Assembly (NCBI RefSeq): GCF_011386835.1
Contig: NC_088798.1
Span: 95,294,001 to 95,358,000 of the forward strand
DNA from: Chrysemys picta bellii
Lineage: Eukaryota
Reading direction: 5' to 3'
Length of the DNA stretch: 64,000 nucleotides
Each line of letters opens with the position of its first letter. Position 1 is the stretch's first letter. Under the pieces are notes generated by a model. It was not told where the DNA came from, searched no databases, and saw only the letters and a list, made by a program, of their open reading frames with translations. The position numbers and the translations under genes are program-made. Below are positions 12,876-25,856 of this stretch, one piece after another.

Positions 12876-13580
12876 GGCCTTGGCTACACTTGTGAGTTAC
12901 AGCACAATAAAGCAGCCCCGGGTGCCCTAGCTCACTCTCCGTTCACACTGGCAAGGCACATAGAGCACTCTGACTCGGCAGCTACAGCGCTGCTGGTACT
13001 CCACCTCGGCGAGTGGAATAATGTTTGCTGTGCCACCAGAGCGCCGTGGCGCCAGTGTGAACAAGGTGTTGCATTACTGCGCTGTGATCAGCCTCCGGAA
13101 ACATCCCATTCTTAAGTCAAGTGGTCACTCTTGTCATTGTTGTGAAATCGGCTGCAAGAATGCAGAAATGCCCTTTCAAAGCTCCTTTTCAGAGAAGCCA
13201 GCTGCTTATAAGCTCTGGGAAAAAGCAAACATTTATTGTTTGCTTTGAGTATGTGTGTGTGTGTGGGGGGGGGGTGGCTGAACTTACAAGACAGCACCCT
13301 CACACACACTCAGCACCCCAAAAACCCCCCAAACACACAACACACTCCCGGTCACACTTCACTCCACCCCCCACATTTGAAAAGCACATTGCAGTCACTT
13401 GCACGCTGGGATGGCTGCACATAATGCACCACTCCCAATGTCGCTGCAAGTGCCGCAAATGTGGCCACGCCAGTGTGCTTGAAGCTGTCAGTGTGGAGAG
13501 ACTGCAGCGCTTTCCCTACTGTGCTCTACCAAGGCGGGTTTAACTCACAGCGTTCTACATCTGCAAGTGTAGCCATGCCC
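12876..13580. mobile_element. PIF/Harbinger-type non-autonomous DNA transposon
   Basis: 17-bp TIRs ggccttggctacacttg / caagtgtagccatgccc (2 mismatches); TTA TSD on both sides. Confidence 0.8.
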
Positions 13581-14249
13581 TTAGTGCTTGTCTTTGTTGC
13601 AGCTGTTATAACTCAAGTGTTGCCCCTAACACAACACCTGTCCACGCACACAGACCTTAACTCAAGTGCAGTGACACTTTTAACTCAAGTTGGCTGGCCT
13701 GTCAGGGGATACAGCTCAACTTGAACAACCTCTCAGCTGCTCACACAATCACACTGTGCAGTTCAAGTAGTATTTCCAACTCCCAGTGTGGCCGCTCTTG
13801 CTGGAGCCGTTAACTCTAGCGTAGACAAGTCGAGTTAACGCCACAGAGCCCACAAACTCCAGAGCAGTGTCAGACATAGAACACGCATCACCCAGGGTAA
13901 GGACGACTCTCACAGGCAAGGTGAAAGGGTTGTGAGATAACGAGAAGGAACAGAGAGTATTTGAAAGGAGACTTTTGGCCTGGGAAGTGCGCCCTAGCAG
14001 GTAACCCCAACAGGACTTAGGATAGAAGAGTTAAGCCCTTGATTCTTAGCCAATTTTCCCAACCCTTTTCCCAGCCAGCCCCTCTCCCCGCCCCTCACTG
14101 CCCCCCCCCGCCAGCCCCTCTCCTCGCCCCGTTCCCCCCCGTCCAGCCCCTCCACCCTTCCCTTAGCCAGCCCCTCAGCACTTCCCACAACCCCCACTTT
14201 CCCCTCACCGCTGCCCCCCAGCCCTTGCTCCAGGCCGCCCCACATCGCC

Positions 14250-15070
14250 CCCCCACCTCCTCAGTCCCGCCCCACCCTGCCGTCACAGCGCCCCCATATC
14301 CCGGCCTCTCGCTCGCTCTCACCTCTGCGCTCCTCGACCCGCACGCTCCGCTCCCAGCGCCGGCCCCTGGGCCCCAGCCGAGGCGCAGAAAGCGGCTGGA
14401 TCTACTCCGCGCGACTCCCTGTCCCCGGCTCTCAGCTGGGCCGCGGGCAGCCTCCACCCTGCCCGCCCCTCACCGCGCAGCCGGGCCCTAGAGCGGCCCG
14501 GGCTGAGCGCTAAGCAGCGTGGCTCGGAGCCAGCGCCCCCTAGAGGAGGGAGGCAGACCCTGCGGAGCGGGACTGGGCCGCCGGTGACCCAAGGGCAGGG
14601 GGAAGCCGCCGGTTGGCGACACACGTTGAGGGGAAGATCCGAGCGGCCCTCGGCTGTGCCCAGCCCGCGCGGGCTTGAGGAGGCGGAGGCGTGCGGGACC
14701 CGAGCTTGGCTTTTCCGTAGCTGCGAGTCTGGAGAGCAGGGGCAGAAAGGGCTCCCGCGCTGCAGGTTGCTCGGTGATCGGCTAGGCAGCGCGCAGCCTG
14801 GCCTTGCCGGCGTGTTGCCCCGGCCTGGCAGCGCCTGGGCCCGGCTGCACACGTCCCTACGGAGCGCTCGGGATTAAGCGGGCCCGGGGAGCAAGAACGG
14901 CTCCGAACAGAAGCAACTCCGCGCAGCAAGAGCCCGTCTGCAGCCGTAGACGTGACTTCAGTCTAAACGGCGTTGCATAGAGCTCAGCCTGGGAGTCTCT
15001 GAGCGAGCCCCGCAGCCGTGGGACATGCGTTTAAACAGGCTCCCCTCGGAGCGCCTCAGCTGGCTCCCCT
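14250..15070 (-). promoter_or_regulatory. CpG island; probable RNF14 promoter and non-coding first exon
   Basis: Dense CpG and GC; minus-strand donor candidates GAG|gtgaga (boundary 14323) and GCG|gtgagg (boundary 14474); strong GC skew at 14040-14280. Confidence 0.75.
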
Positions 15071-15626
15071 CAGGCCGCTGTTTGGGACCCACTTCTCAAG
15101 TGGTGCCCATGGGTGAGGGGTACAGCAGATCCCCCCCTCTTCGAGCAGCAGGTCACAGGCCAGCTGCCCTCACAACAGGCATTTGGGGTCATTGTCAAAC
15201 TAATCGAGAATGCTATTGCAACATTAAATTAAAACAGATAATGAACAGAATTATAAACGCCTCTAATGGTAGGATCTCTTCATTTCGCAAAATTACCAAA
15301 GGTAAAAAAGGAATCCCACCAGATATTGTGTAAACTCAAACGCTTGTTTTGCTCGCTCAAGGGAGTTAGTAATATCTTTTGTTGGACCTCACCTAGCTTC
15401 TCTCTCTTATAGCCTGAAACAAAAAACTCTGCTTAAATTCTCTCACTGTAAGTAATTGTGTTTTAAATGTTAGGTTACTTTAAAAAAAAATCAGTAATTT
15501 TAACCTATTAACACACAGGCCCAAACTCTGAGAGACCATATTTAGGCCCTTCAGTACATAATTTTCAAGGTGAAGGTGATTTAGACATGTAGTCCCACTG
15601 ACTTCAAAACAAACACTGATGGAATA

Positions 15627-15833
15627 GGTTTCAGAGTAACAGCCGCGTTAGTCTGTATCCGCAAAAAGAACAGGAGTACTTGTGGCACCTTAGAGACTAA
15701 CAAATTTATTAGAGCATAAGCTTTTGTGGGCATACAGCATATGCATCCGAAGAAGTGGGCTGTAGCCCACGAAAGCTTATGCTCTAATAAATTTGTTAGT
15801 CTCTAAGGTGCCACAAGTACTCCTGTTCTTTTT
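15627..15833 (+). mobile_element. Penelope-like element terminal palindrome with hammerhead-like core
   Basis: Perfect 62-bp inverted repeat 15663-15724 / 15772-15833; core CCGAAGA-A-GTGGGC(TGTA)GCCCAC-GAAA-GCTTATGC-TC at 15747-15784. Confidence 0.75.
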
Positions 15834-16829
15834 ACTGACGGAATACAAGTTAGTAGTTGAAGCATTTCATTTTTGTGTAAATTTGATATAACAGAAAGGG
15901 ATGGTGATACTAACTTTGAATCTAATACAGAAACTGCTGTACATCTAGGTTTACTCATAACTTGAGCAGTGCTGTTTTCCTTGTAATCCTGGTTCTCCCA
16001 ATGCAGTTCTTTATGTAATCTTGCCATTAGACCTAAACTCTTGAGGGCAAGGACCTGATTTACATATCTAACATAATAAAGGTGCTAATTGTGGCCTCTG
16101 CCTACACTGTGAAAATACTTTTTGTATTGGTTAAAATACTAATCTTATGGGTGACATTGCCTGTTGCCTTTGCTGGCTCCACTGATGGGTGGGGGAAAAA
16201 AAATCAAATGAACATGATTCTGTAGGTTGGTTTTCCTCTTCAGAGTATACAAATGCTTTTCAGAAGTCCCAGATTTCAGCCACAGCTAGCATTTACAATT
16301 TACTTCAAATTTTGTGTCAAATTATGCTGCCTTTTCAAAAACTTAGAGCATGTTCCCAAAAATAAGACAACCCTAACCCCACATCTACAGAAGATGGAAG
16401 GAACTCTGAACTCTCTGGAGGAGGCAAGCCAACTATAGCCTGAAAAAAATTACAGAAATAGCCAGCCTTTGCACAAGATATGCCATGTTTGATCATGTTG
16501 TGGTTCTGATCCAATTTAGCTAATTAGTATAGGCCAGTTCTTTGCTAAAGGACTGCACAATTTCATCGTTATAATACAGCTAAAACCTTATGACTTTACT
16601 TCTGAAGTGATTTGCCATGCTGGCTATCATGAACTGGTTCATCATGTATACACAGCTTGAGTCACCTACCTCACAATTTTAGGTACAGCACAAAACTCAT
16701 TTTCCTATTACTTTAAAATTAATGTTTTAAAAGTTTTGTATGTAGAGGCTGCCAAAATATGATTCATATTTCATGTAAACAAGCTCAGTCTTAGGTCTGT
16801 TTGCAGGATCAAATGGTGCAATAAGATTC

Positions 16830-17170
16830 CCAATAATGAAATTCTTAGTTGTTGGCTGTCTGGCATTCTCCCAAAACATGCTCATAAAAGTTAAGCTACA
16901 TTGGTCTGGGCATCTCATTTGTACAGCAGACTCAAGAATAACCAAGGCCATATTTTATGGTCAGATAAATCAAGGCACCTATTCTCCTGCTGGCCAGCAT
17001 CAACAATATAAAGACACCCTGAAGTCAAACCTGAATTCAGATGAGGTTGACTCCAGCACCTGGGAAGCAACATCCCATGATAGTGCCAGATAACAGCATA
17101 TGTCATGTTGCTGTTAACAACTTTGAAGCAAGGCGCAATATGTAATAGGAACAATGCAAAGCAAGGATAC
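16830..17170 (+). mobile_element. RTE-clade LINE 3' fragment
   Basis: ORF remnant KLHWSGHLICTADSRITKAIFYGQI...YKDTLKSNL...TWEA matches the RTE ORF C-terminus (LRWAGH...PKQLFYGEL...YKDTLK). Confidence 0.8.
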
Positions 17171-17723
17171 AACAGCCTGTGATTTTGTGTCTTACAGATA
17201 ACTGGTTGCAGTTCTTAAAAAAATTTAAAATTGGTGGAACTGGAGGATGGAAGGAGGAGAGATGTGTGATACTGCTGGTTTCCAGTACTGTCACTGAAAG
17301 ATGAGTGGAAATATTACAGGAGTGTAGTGGGAGTATTAATGGAACTAGTATTAATGGCACTAGCACTGAAGTGATCCAAGCTTAACTGATGAGTGCTGAT
17401 GCAGTTCTAAGGTTTGCTCAAAGACAGTGCATTTGGAGTAGTACTTGTACTGTTTCACAAGCATTCTAATTTTGAGTGTACAGCACTTAAAAAAAAAGTG
17501 TTTCCAGTACTTGAAATGGGTGTTGTAAATACTATCAACAGGATAAGCCCCAAGGTAATTCTTAATAGCCACTCTATAGGAAATATTGCACAAGTGGTAG
17601 TATCATTTAACAGCAAGTTCATTAGTCACAATCCTTTACCTTAAGATATTAAGATGTATACTATTTCTGAAGCCCCATAAAATGGATTTAAGTGAGCCAG
17701 TGTAGAAGCACGCAATGTTCTAA

Positions 17724-17955
17724 TTTATTTTTTTTATTAAAGGAACACCATTCAATTCTTGCATTTGTCTGAAAAGAGCAAATGGAGCAGATTGTACACA
17801 CTGCAACTTCTTGTTCCTTCAAAAACATCACTGTGGCAAATAAAATTGAGGCTGCTGTCACTTATCAATTCATCCCCAACCCAAGTTGCAACTGTTGCCT
17901 TGACTATAACTGACAATTTAAAAAAAGTAATCCAGTACAATCCAGTGCATTTATT
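17724..17955 (-). terminator. Distal AATAAA cluster, candidate HSPA4 3' end
   Basis: tttatt on the + strand at 17724, 17733 and 17950. Confidence 0.45.
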
Positions 17956-19083
17956 TCTTGTAATGTGTGGATGTTTCAACTTTTGATTTAACACACATAC
18001 AAATTAACGTTTTCAGGTTTATATGACAATTATCAATACTAGAAGCCAAGTCATGGGTAGAGGAGCTCATGAAAAAAAAAAAGACGAATTTTTCTCTTGC
18101 TGGAAGATAATTAAACCAAGCATTTCAAATGCAGGTCTCATGGAAGCAAGTATCTCTCTTTCAATGGTTAGCAACTAATCAAAATCATCCATCAGTGCAA
18201 GCAGCCAGGAGTATAAACCCTCAATCTCTCTACAAGCAGCTAATTTAACTAGGGACAAAAGTTTTGTACAATATTTAGATGGCTGGGGGAGGAGGGGGTT
18301 ACCATGAACATACACACTTGCATATCTAATAGCAGGTTCAGATAGTCTGAAATATAGATGTATACAATTGCTACTCTGCATATCAGATATATGAATTTGA
18401 TTTTATACTCCGTATTAATACTCTATCCATAATGGAGAATGGACGCCAGCTGAGGAAGAATCTTAGAGCTCAGTTCTTAGGAACATAATACCACAGGTAT
18501 ACAGGTCACCTCACCCATGGCTCCATACCTTTCATAGCTATCAACTGCACAGCTATCAATGTGCAAACATGAAATTAGTGGAATTCACACACCCTGGAAC
18601 ATGTCCGTATTGTGTCTGTTACTGAGAAATAAGAACTAGATTCTATTGGTATTTCATTTAGCTTATGTTCCTCTGTGCTCTGGAAAAGAGCTAAAAACCT
18701 CACTGCCAACTCCATGTAGTCTTTGAAATATTAATGGACACTTACAACATAGTTGCTGAAAACCACAATAGAAACTTAGTGGTAAGTTAGAAGTTTCAAG
18801 TTCTGCCATCTTACTTCTTTAAAACAAGACTCTGCATGAACATAATAAAAAACCAGGATCAGTTGATGGCTGTTTCAGTAAATCTATTAAGAATTACTAG
18901 GGACTTCTAAATACACTCATTATGGCAAGAGATACAATATACTTGACTGAGTAGTAGTTAGCTACTTAAGTATTCTGACTCTCAATACATAGACCAATCC
19001 TCTCCAAACATTGCTGTGATAAAGTTGTAGTATTCACTTGCTCCAATTTATATTCAGAACATACAAAGTTGACAATTTAAAGC

Positions 19084-19089
19084 TTTATT
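19084..19089 (-). terminator. Proximal AATAAA poly(A) signal candidate of HSPA4
   Basis: tttatt on the + strand, ~30 nt past the stop codon. Confidence 0.45.
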
Positions 19090-19119
19090 GTAGTTTGTAA
19101 TATAAACAAGTGCTGACAT

Positions 19120-19326
19120 TCAGTCAATGTCCATTTCTGGGAGTTTCTTTTCTGTAGCTGTTGGAGCAGTTGTATTAGTGCCCTGTTCAGCAGGCTGGGA
19201 CCCTGTGTTGGCATCTCCCTGGCCTTCTACTGGTCCATTCTGTTCAGCTGGATTTTGCTCCTCTTTAGGGATTTCTGCCTTGGGTTTTGGTTTTGTGACT
19301 ATAGGATTGCAGATACCTGTCAATTC
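19120..19326 (-). CDS. HSPA4: HSPA4 exon 19 (C-terminus, stop)
   Basis: 207 nt, tag|GAA; [16 protein letters not shown]...[12 protein letters not shown], the characteristic HSPA4 ending. Confidence 0.95.
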   Translation of the reverse strand, partial: ELTGICNPIVTKPKPKAEIPKEEQNPAEQNGPVEGQGDANTGSQPAEQGTNTTAPTATEKKLPEMDID

Positions 19327-19639
19327 CTAAAATAAGAGTGGAGAGAATTTAAGTTAGAGCACACATTAAGGCTTATACCTACAGTCATCGCCTAAAGCAG
19401 CTTACGACAACACTAGTTGAGTGTTCCCAGCTGAAGGCAGAAGTGTCACTACATAGTTTTGGGAGGTTTTGTTGAAAATAGTACTACTCTTTTATTTCCC
19501 ACCTTCCCTCCTCCTCAGAGCCTCTCTGAGTATAAAGAAATACTGGTAACTATAACAATAACTGGTAACAATAACTGATACCACTTATGCAAAATGAAAC
19601 TGGTTTCATATTTCTCTGCAAAGTCAAACAAGATCTTAC

Positions 19640-19801
19640 TTTAGTTTTAGCTTGGATGTCCTTAGTCTTTATAACGGGGTCCAAAGTAAGACTTCTCTTG
19701 TTCTGAAGATTAAGCTTATTGTTCATCCATTCCATAGCTTCACTTACACTCTTCTCCACTTTTACCATATCTGCTGCATCTAAATGGTCATACTGTTCAT
19801 C
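19640..19801 (-). CDS. HSPA4: HSPA4 exon 18
   Basis: 162 nt, tag|GAT...AAA|gtaaga; [54 protein letters not shown]. Confidence 0.95.
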
Positions 19802-20375
19802 CTAAAGTATGAAAAAATTACACAGCACATTTTACATTACATTTCATTTGCACAGTAAGGACACTACTATTTTAAACATCTAGGCAACATATTTGTTTTG
19901 CTTCTTCATCAAATCTTATCCTCCAATTTCAGAATGGATTGTCAGCTGGAATTTGACCAAAGGGAAACTTTATTTTACACTTAGCTGGGCAAACAATTTT
20001 GCTGAGCAGCCCATTGTACCATTCTGAGTATGGTCAAATGGAAGAGAGCTGGCAGCCACAGAACTTCATAATGCTCTGATTTTCCCCAGTGGAGGGAACT
20101 TGTCTGGGAGAAAGCTGGTTTACAAGCATCACTAGCAGTCATCATTCCAATTATACGAACATACAAGAGTGCTAGTTTTATTCGTAAGAAAGAAAGTCAA
20201 CATTAAGTATTGAGAAGTTAATTCCTGCCACTGCTCCCCAAACCAGGAGACTGCATTATTTGTTGGCCATTCCCACCACATCTTATACTGAAAAAAGGTG
20301 CAAAGAAGAAATCCAAGATAGCTTTTCAACACTTCCTTATAATCATCAGCAAAACATTTGAAAAACTGAAGATAC

Positions 20376-20495
20376 CTTTGCCTTGAACGCATGAATAACT
20401 TTCATATACTGTTGTATTTGCTTCCCCAGATCCTCAAATGCTTTTGGTCTTTCCTCTGATTCTTGAAACCGTGCCTGAATAGGCTGACCCAGAGA
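20376..20495 (-). CDS. HSPA4: HSPA4 exon 17
   Basis: 120 nt, cag|TCT...AAG|gtatct; [40 protein letters not shown]. Confidence 0.95.
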
Positions 20496-20859
20496 CTGAA
20501 ATAAAGGACAGAACAGTTACTGAAATTTTAAACACAGCACTGTATTGGACCTACAGTGACTTTTTAATACATGGCAGTGTTTCCCAACTTTTGAAAGCTG
20601 AGTCCCCTCCTCCCATTTTAGGAAAATGAAATTAGTCTCACACCCTCCCCCTCCAACCCTGCCATGTGTCGTTGAAGGCATATCCATATTGTAGCTCTTC
20701 ATAATATGCTGCTTCCTCCCCTTTCTTACATGCTTTGATGGGAAGTGAAAGTTAACTATTGACATTTAGATTATCACTGGCATTCTAGTTAGCACAAAGT
20801 GAAGTGTAAGAGGCAATTCATGTCTCTGAACTATTGTTTCATGCTCTCTGCCAATTCAA

Positions 20860-20995
20860 GGCTTGTGTACACGAAGCAGCAATGTGCACTAAAGGGGTGT
20901 GATTTCTATAGCATACTAACATGTTGCACATTATTTGATCTGTGTAGACCCCGCCGGTGTGCACTAAAAGTTCCCTAGTTCGCTTTAATGTCCAC
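20860..20995. mobile_element. Harbinger-type MITE fragment
   Basis: ggcttgtgtacac ... tgtgtagacccc termini. Confidence 0.45.
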
Positions 20996-21768
20996 CTCAT
21001 GGGGCATGTCCCACATTTTGTCAAATACTGGTATTGTGTGCATTTCATCACTATTGTCAAGTGAAAGTCTAGGGCTCTACTTATTCATATATTAAAATAT
21101 TTTATAAATCAAAACAAAAGCCACACTGGGGAAGCTTTGCCAAGACTAATTACAAGTTTATCTTATTCAAAAACATTAAAATAGTTCATTATACCTTTTC
21201 ATAATAAATTACAGAATGCTTTCAAATTCACTAGTATTCCAGCTAAAGACATTACAGCATCTTCTCCCCTGCTGCCAATACAGAATATAGCTATCCTTTT
21301 ACTTCCAATCTACTTTAGATAAACTGCACAGGAGATTAAGCTTGACTAACATCAGGATTAAATCCTATGGCAAGGTAGTTTTCTTCTACCCTCCAAAATT
21401 AGTCTTCCATAACTTTAAAGCTCATTTGTATAAAAACGTTTTCCTGTTATAGGTCACCTGTGTTGCCTTTTAAGAGCAAGTAGCAATTCTCACATCTACC
21501 TTTCCTTCCCTTTCCAAAGAGATTCAGGAGAAAGATAAAAGCCTACACAATGCAGCACTCGCATCACTAGCATTTCCTTTCACTTTAGGCTCAATTAAAA
21601 GCTTCTCCTGCCTATGCTCTTAAATTATTTTTTTCATGTTTGCAAGCACCACCACCTCCCAACTCATTTAAATAATTTATTGTTCATTAGGGCTGATTTA
21701 TAGCTTAACTTGGACTAAATTCAATTGAGACTTGAAGATGACAGTTACAGTGCTGAAGAGCCACTTAC

Positions 21769-21876
21769 CTGGAGTTCAGTTAGTTTATCAATGTAAACTT
21801 GTTTGGGTTGGTCTTCACCATCTTCATACAGCCAATTTTCAGTGTCTTCCAGCTTCAAAGTGAAACTATTTCTATC
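21769..21876 (-). CDS. HSPA4: HSPA4 exon 16
   Basis: 108 nt, cag|GAT...CAG|gtaagt; [36 protein letters not shown]. Confidence 0.95.
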
Positions 21877-22759
21877 CTGAGACCAGAAACAACCAATAGG
21901 AATTGAATACTGAATTTAGAGATCATCTCCCATAAAACAAAAGTGATAAACATCTGGTGTCATTTGGATACTCTTTCCTGAAACATGACGGACATTTTGT
22001 CTGGTCTGTTAGAACTTTGCTCTGATGAATAGAATTCAATGTAGTTTGCTGCAGAACTAAAACAAAACTCAAAACACAATGCCACCTCTGAGTTTAAGAA
22101 AACAATACATCTCTAATCCCCAAATAAAAACTTTTCATTTGAATAAACCAGGTTGCAGACTTAGAACTATTAGCCAATAATATTTACATTAAATTGGACA
22201 CCATTTGCAGCGCATACTCTCAGCTTCATCCTTTTCTCCTTTTTGAACTTTTGAATATTTCCCTTGTGTTCTGAAACACATTCTGATACAGATTTTCATT
22301 TTCTTCCCCTTTTAGTGTCAAATCTTTAAACTGTTATCTAATAGCTTGAAATGTGTACGTGAGATTTATCAGTATGTTCAGATGTGCATGCACTTCAAAG
22401 ATTATGTGTGTGTGCGCGCCTTTTTATTGTGTATATGTATATCTTCTAGATCGCCAATACATAGTCTTACTTTAACAGGCAGCTTTGCATATACACACAG
22501 ACTAATGTATTATCGTAATACATGTATCTCATGCAATGTATTGTATTTTCCTAATAAAACAAGTTATTTTTTATATATTTGAATGATACAAAAGTAGAGT
22601 GAAATTGGAAAAAAACAATTTTTTTGTAAAACCTGGGATTTTTTTCAGCAAAAATCAATTTAAACTGAAAACGAAAGGGCTTAATTACAGTCTATTAAAT
22701 ATTTGTTCTCCATGTAGATATTTATAATGGGCTCTTCAATCTATCAGAAAAAGCTATAA

Positions 22760-22940
22760 CATAATCCAGTGGCTGGAAGTTGAAGCCAGACAAATTCAGA
22801 CAGGAAATAAGGTGTACATTTTTAATGATGAGAGTAATTAACCATTAGAACAGTTTACCAAGGGTTGTGGTGGATTCTCCATCACTGAATTTTTTCTAAA
22901 AAATATACTCTAGGAATTATTTTGGGGGAAGTTCTAAATT
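22760..22940 (+). mobile_element. CR1 LINE 3' end fragment
   Basis: gaagttgaagccagacaaattcagac...gtaattaaccatt...ggattctccatcactg is a typical CR1 3' end. Confidence 0.75.
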
Positions 22941-23524
22941 ATCACAATTGTCCTTTTTGGCCTTGGAATCTTTGAATTCAGAGCAGAACTTGTGGGAGAT
23001 TTGCATTGAGATCAAGGGTAAAAAAAAAAAAAAACAGTGGTCCTAAAAATGAGATTATTTTATCCACCAAGTGAGGCGGACCATGGCAATAAAGTACTCC
23101 CCATTCTCATTCCTTTGAGCTTTGTTTCAACTCCCGTCTCCATTTCACCTGGGAATGATCACTAATTAATGCAAATATTAACTTTTTAAAGTGTTATCAT
23201 TTGGGTTCTAGAATTAACATTTCCCTGAGATTAATGTAGGGCAGAGGAGTTGACACTTGAGTTCTTATCTCAGGTAGTTTGCAAACTAAGAAAGGCATTA
23301 TCAGTTTACACTTGGTCTCATGTTTGGAATGTTTATTCTCAGAACCATGAGGACTAGAAAGTTACTTTTCTTAAAAAATGGAAGTTACATTTCTGCATGT
23401 AACATGCAGGCCACAAACACATCCAGGGTGTTTGACACCCTTGGTTTAAAGACTTAATAGAAGAGACCTGAAATTTTAGACCACAAAGAACAAAAAAGGT
23501 ATTAGTCAGATTGGCGATACTTAC

Positions 23525-23650
23525 ATCTTCACTAACAAATTTCTCATACAAGCCACAGAGCTTGTCCCTCATATCATACACATATTCCTCCACTGCATTC
23601 TTGGCATCATTCCGCTCTTTCTCCAGTTTATCCTGCATGATCATTTTACC
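23525..23650 (-). CDS. HSPA4: HSPA4 exon 15
   Basis: 126 nt, cag|GGT...GAT|gtaagt; [42 protein letters not shown]. Confidence 0.95.
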
Positions 23651-25856
23651 CTGCAGAAAAGAAATTAGTTCAATCTTACTCAAGAATTAGAACTCAATTA
23701 AAATTTTTATAATAGCATTAGAGACAACATACTGAGGAGCAAGTATAAACAAATGCATGGATGCATCTGAGATGAATGAAGCCATCAAGATAAAGACAAT
23801 TTCAATTGAGTGTTTTTGTGGGGAAATGCATTTTTAAGCTCATCTGCCCACACTACAACAGCCATTGAGAAGCAAATTGATGTCAGCCTTTAGGGTATCT
23901 GTGCCATCTAAGCCTAAATTTTAATTGATGAATGATTTTATTCTCCTGCTTGTTGGTTCCTTGAGAAGAAACTTGCTTTCCATAAGGATTGCTGTATTTT
24001 TAGTTAGAGATGCCTATCTAAAGGCATGTAACCCAGACTTTAGGAACTAAATCCAATTCTGAAGCTGCTAATTAGACTTCTTTGCATTACTTGGGCACTT
24101 TCATTCTGCTTGGATATCTCCAAGGGAGAGATGCAGAGAGCACAATTCTCCTATGGTTTGGAAAGGAAGTACTTTTTGGTGATCAGAGTGCTATCATCCT
24201 GCTCGGTTTCCTCTGCTGAGGGAGGATGAGTACCAAGTGTAAGTAGGATTTGTATCCTGAAAGGGAGAAAGGAAATGTTTCAGGTGGCTGGGACTAACCC
24301 CTCCCAGCAGCCAGTAGACTCCAGAAATTCTCCCCCATTCTCCAACCCTTTGCAAGGTCAACACTTCCTGAGCCAGTGAAAAAACTAGCACAGCAGCACG
24401 TGTGTCTGCCAACCCAGTGTCCTTAGATTTCAGCAGCAAGCCAACACATTGCTTGTCGCTCACAGAACAACTCACTTCAAGCACTCAAACTATCAAGCAA
24501 GATCACAGGCAAATCAGGAAGAGGATAAAGAGGCAGCTACATAAGAAACATTGCCATATGGACTTGTATTTCAATGAGATACAGTTTTACAACTTTGCTA
24601 CAACTGTGAAAGATGGAAGGTGGTGGTGAACAAATTCCATATCGGACATCTCACTTAAGACAATGACACCTACAGGCTAGGCTGTATTATTTGTATTACA
24701 GTGGAATGTAGAGTCCCCAGTCAGGATTGAGAACACATTGTGTTGCTTGCTGTGGTGACAATCCCTGTCAATTTTTTTAAGCCAGTCTCAGAGAGCTGAA
24801 AAACCAATTACTTTTAAACACAGAATTCAATTTAAGCGGCATACTGATCCAACTGAAAATTTGCTACCCTAGTTTTCCAGTTTTAAGACTGACTAACATA
24901 GCAAGAATTCCCAGGCCAATACAATCTGAATTGCCCAGGTAGTTGGAGGACAAGTGCTCTAGCTATGGCCATCTGAAGAGATACCAATGATTTAGTAGCA
25001 GACATTCAGGGAACCAGATGGATTGACTTTGATTGGAGCAGGTGACAAGAGCTTCAGAATAAACAACAAGTCTATAAAGCAATCCAGTACTACTGAAATA
25101 AAGAACATAATCAATACAAATCAGAAATATTTAGCTGCTGTAAACAGTGTGCACAGGACTTTTTTATCACACTGAATTCTTTACACTGTTGTAAAGAAAA
25201 AGGAGCTACTGGTTACCTCATACTGTGGTGTTTTTATCATTTAAGAAGGTCTCAGATGTACTTCGAAGTCTTGTGATTTGAAGTGAGCAGCTTTTATTAA
25301 CTAGCAGCTCCCCAAATACCGTTTCTGGTGGCAAAAAAAGCACTGCAAGCTTTTCTTTTGCAGTTTCTATTATATAATTAAATTGTCCCATTCCTGCCAA
25401 CATTAAATGCATTTTTTATACCTTTAACATTTTTCCACTGAAAACACTAACTTGCAAGACATTAGATAGGTGCTCAGAAACTAACGTGATAAGTGCAGTA
25501 ATAAATACCTAGGTTATGGGTTCAGAAACTTAGTGTCAGTTCACAAAGCAATTTTTCTAAAATGTAGCCATATTCCCTATTTGCAATTGTAGAATATCCC
25601 TGTAGCAAGTTATAGCAGATGTTCATTAGGATAAGGTGTGTATTTTTAGCTGTCTCTAGTGCAGTTAGTTTTGCCCTTCTTGGAAAAAGTTGCCATACTG
25701 TCTCCTTTTGCTGTTCATAACGTCTCACCCTCTCCTCTGCCTTTCTCCAGCTGGAAATGAGGAGAGTCAGCATGTCGTGACCAGCAGTCTCTGTGCAGAC
25801 CATGTTTGTAAGGCTATGGCCTAGATAGAGGTAAAAGTACCATTCAGTTATTTTAC

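Noticed and set aside
13994-14929. Overlapping 83-177 aa ORFs in the RNF14 CpG island
   Set aside because: Low-complexity Pro/Ala/Gly/Arg products expected from stop-poor GC-rich DNA; no domain signal
19330-19640. Possible intronic snoRNA in the last HSPA4 intron (GCGATGA C-box-like motif, small hairpin)
   Set aside because: No downstream CTGA D box or terminal stem, and no H/ACA layout; I found no convincing snoRNA in the other introns by eye
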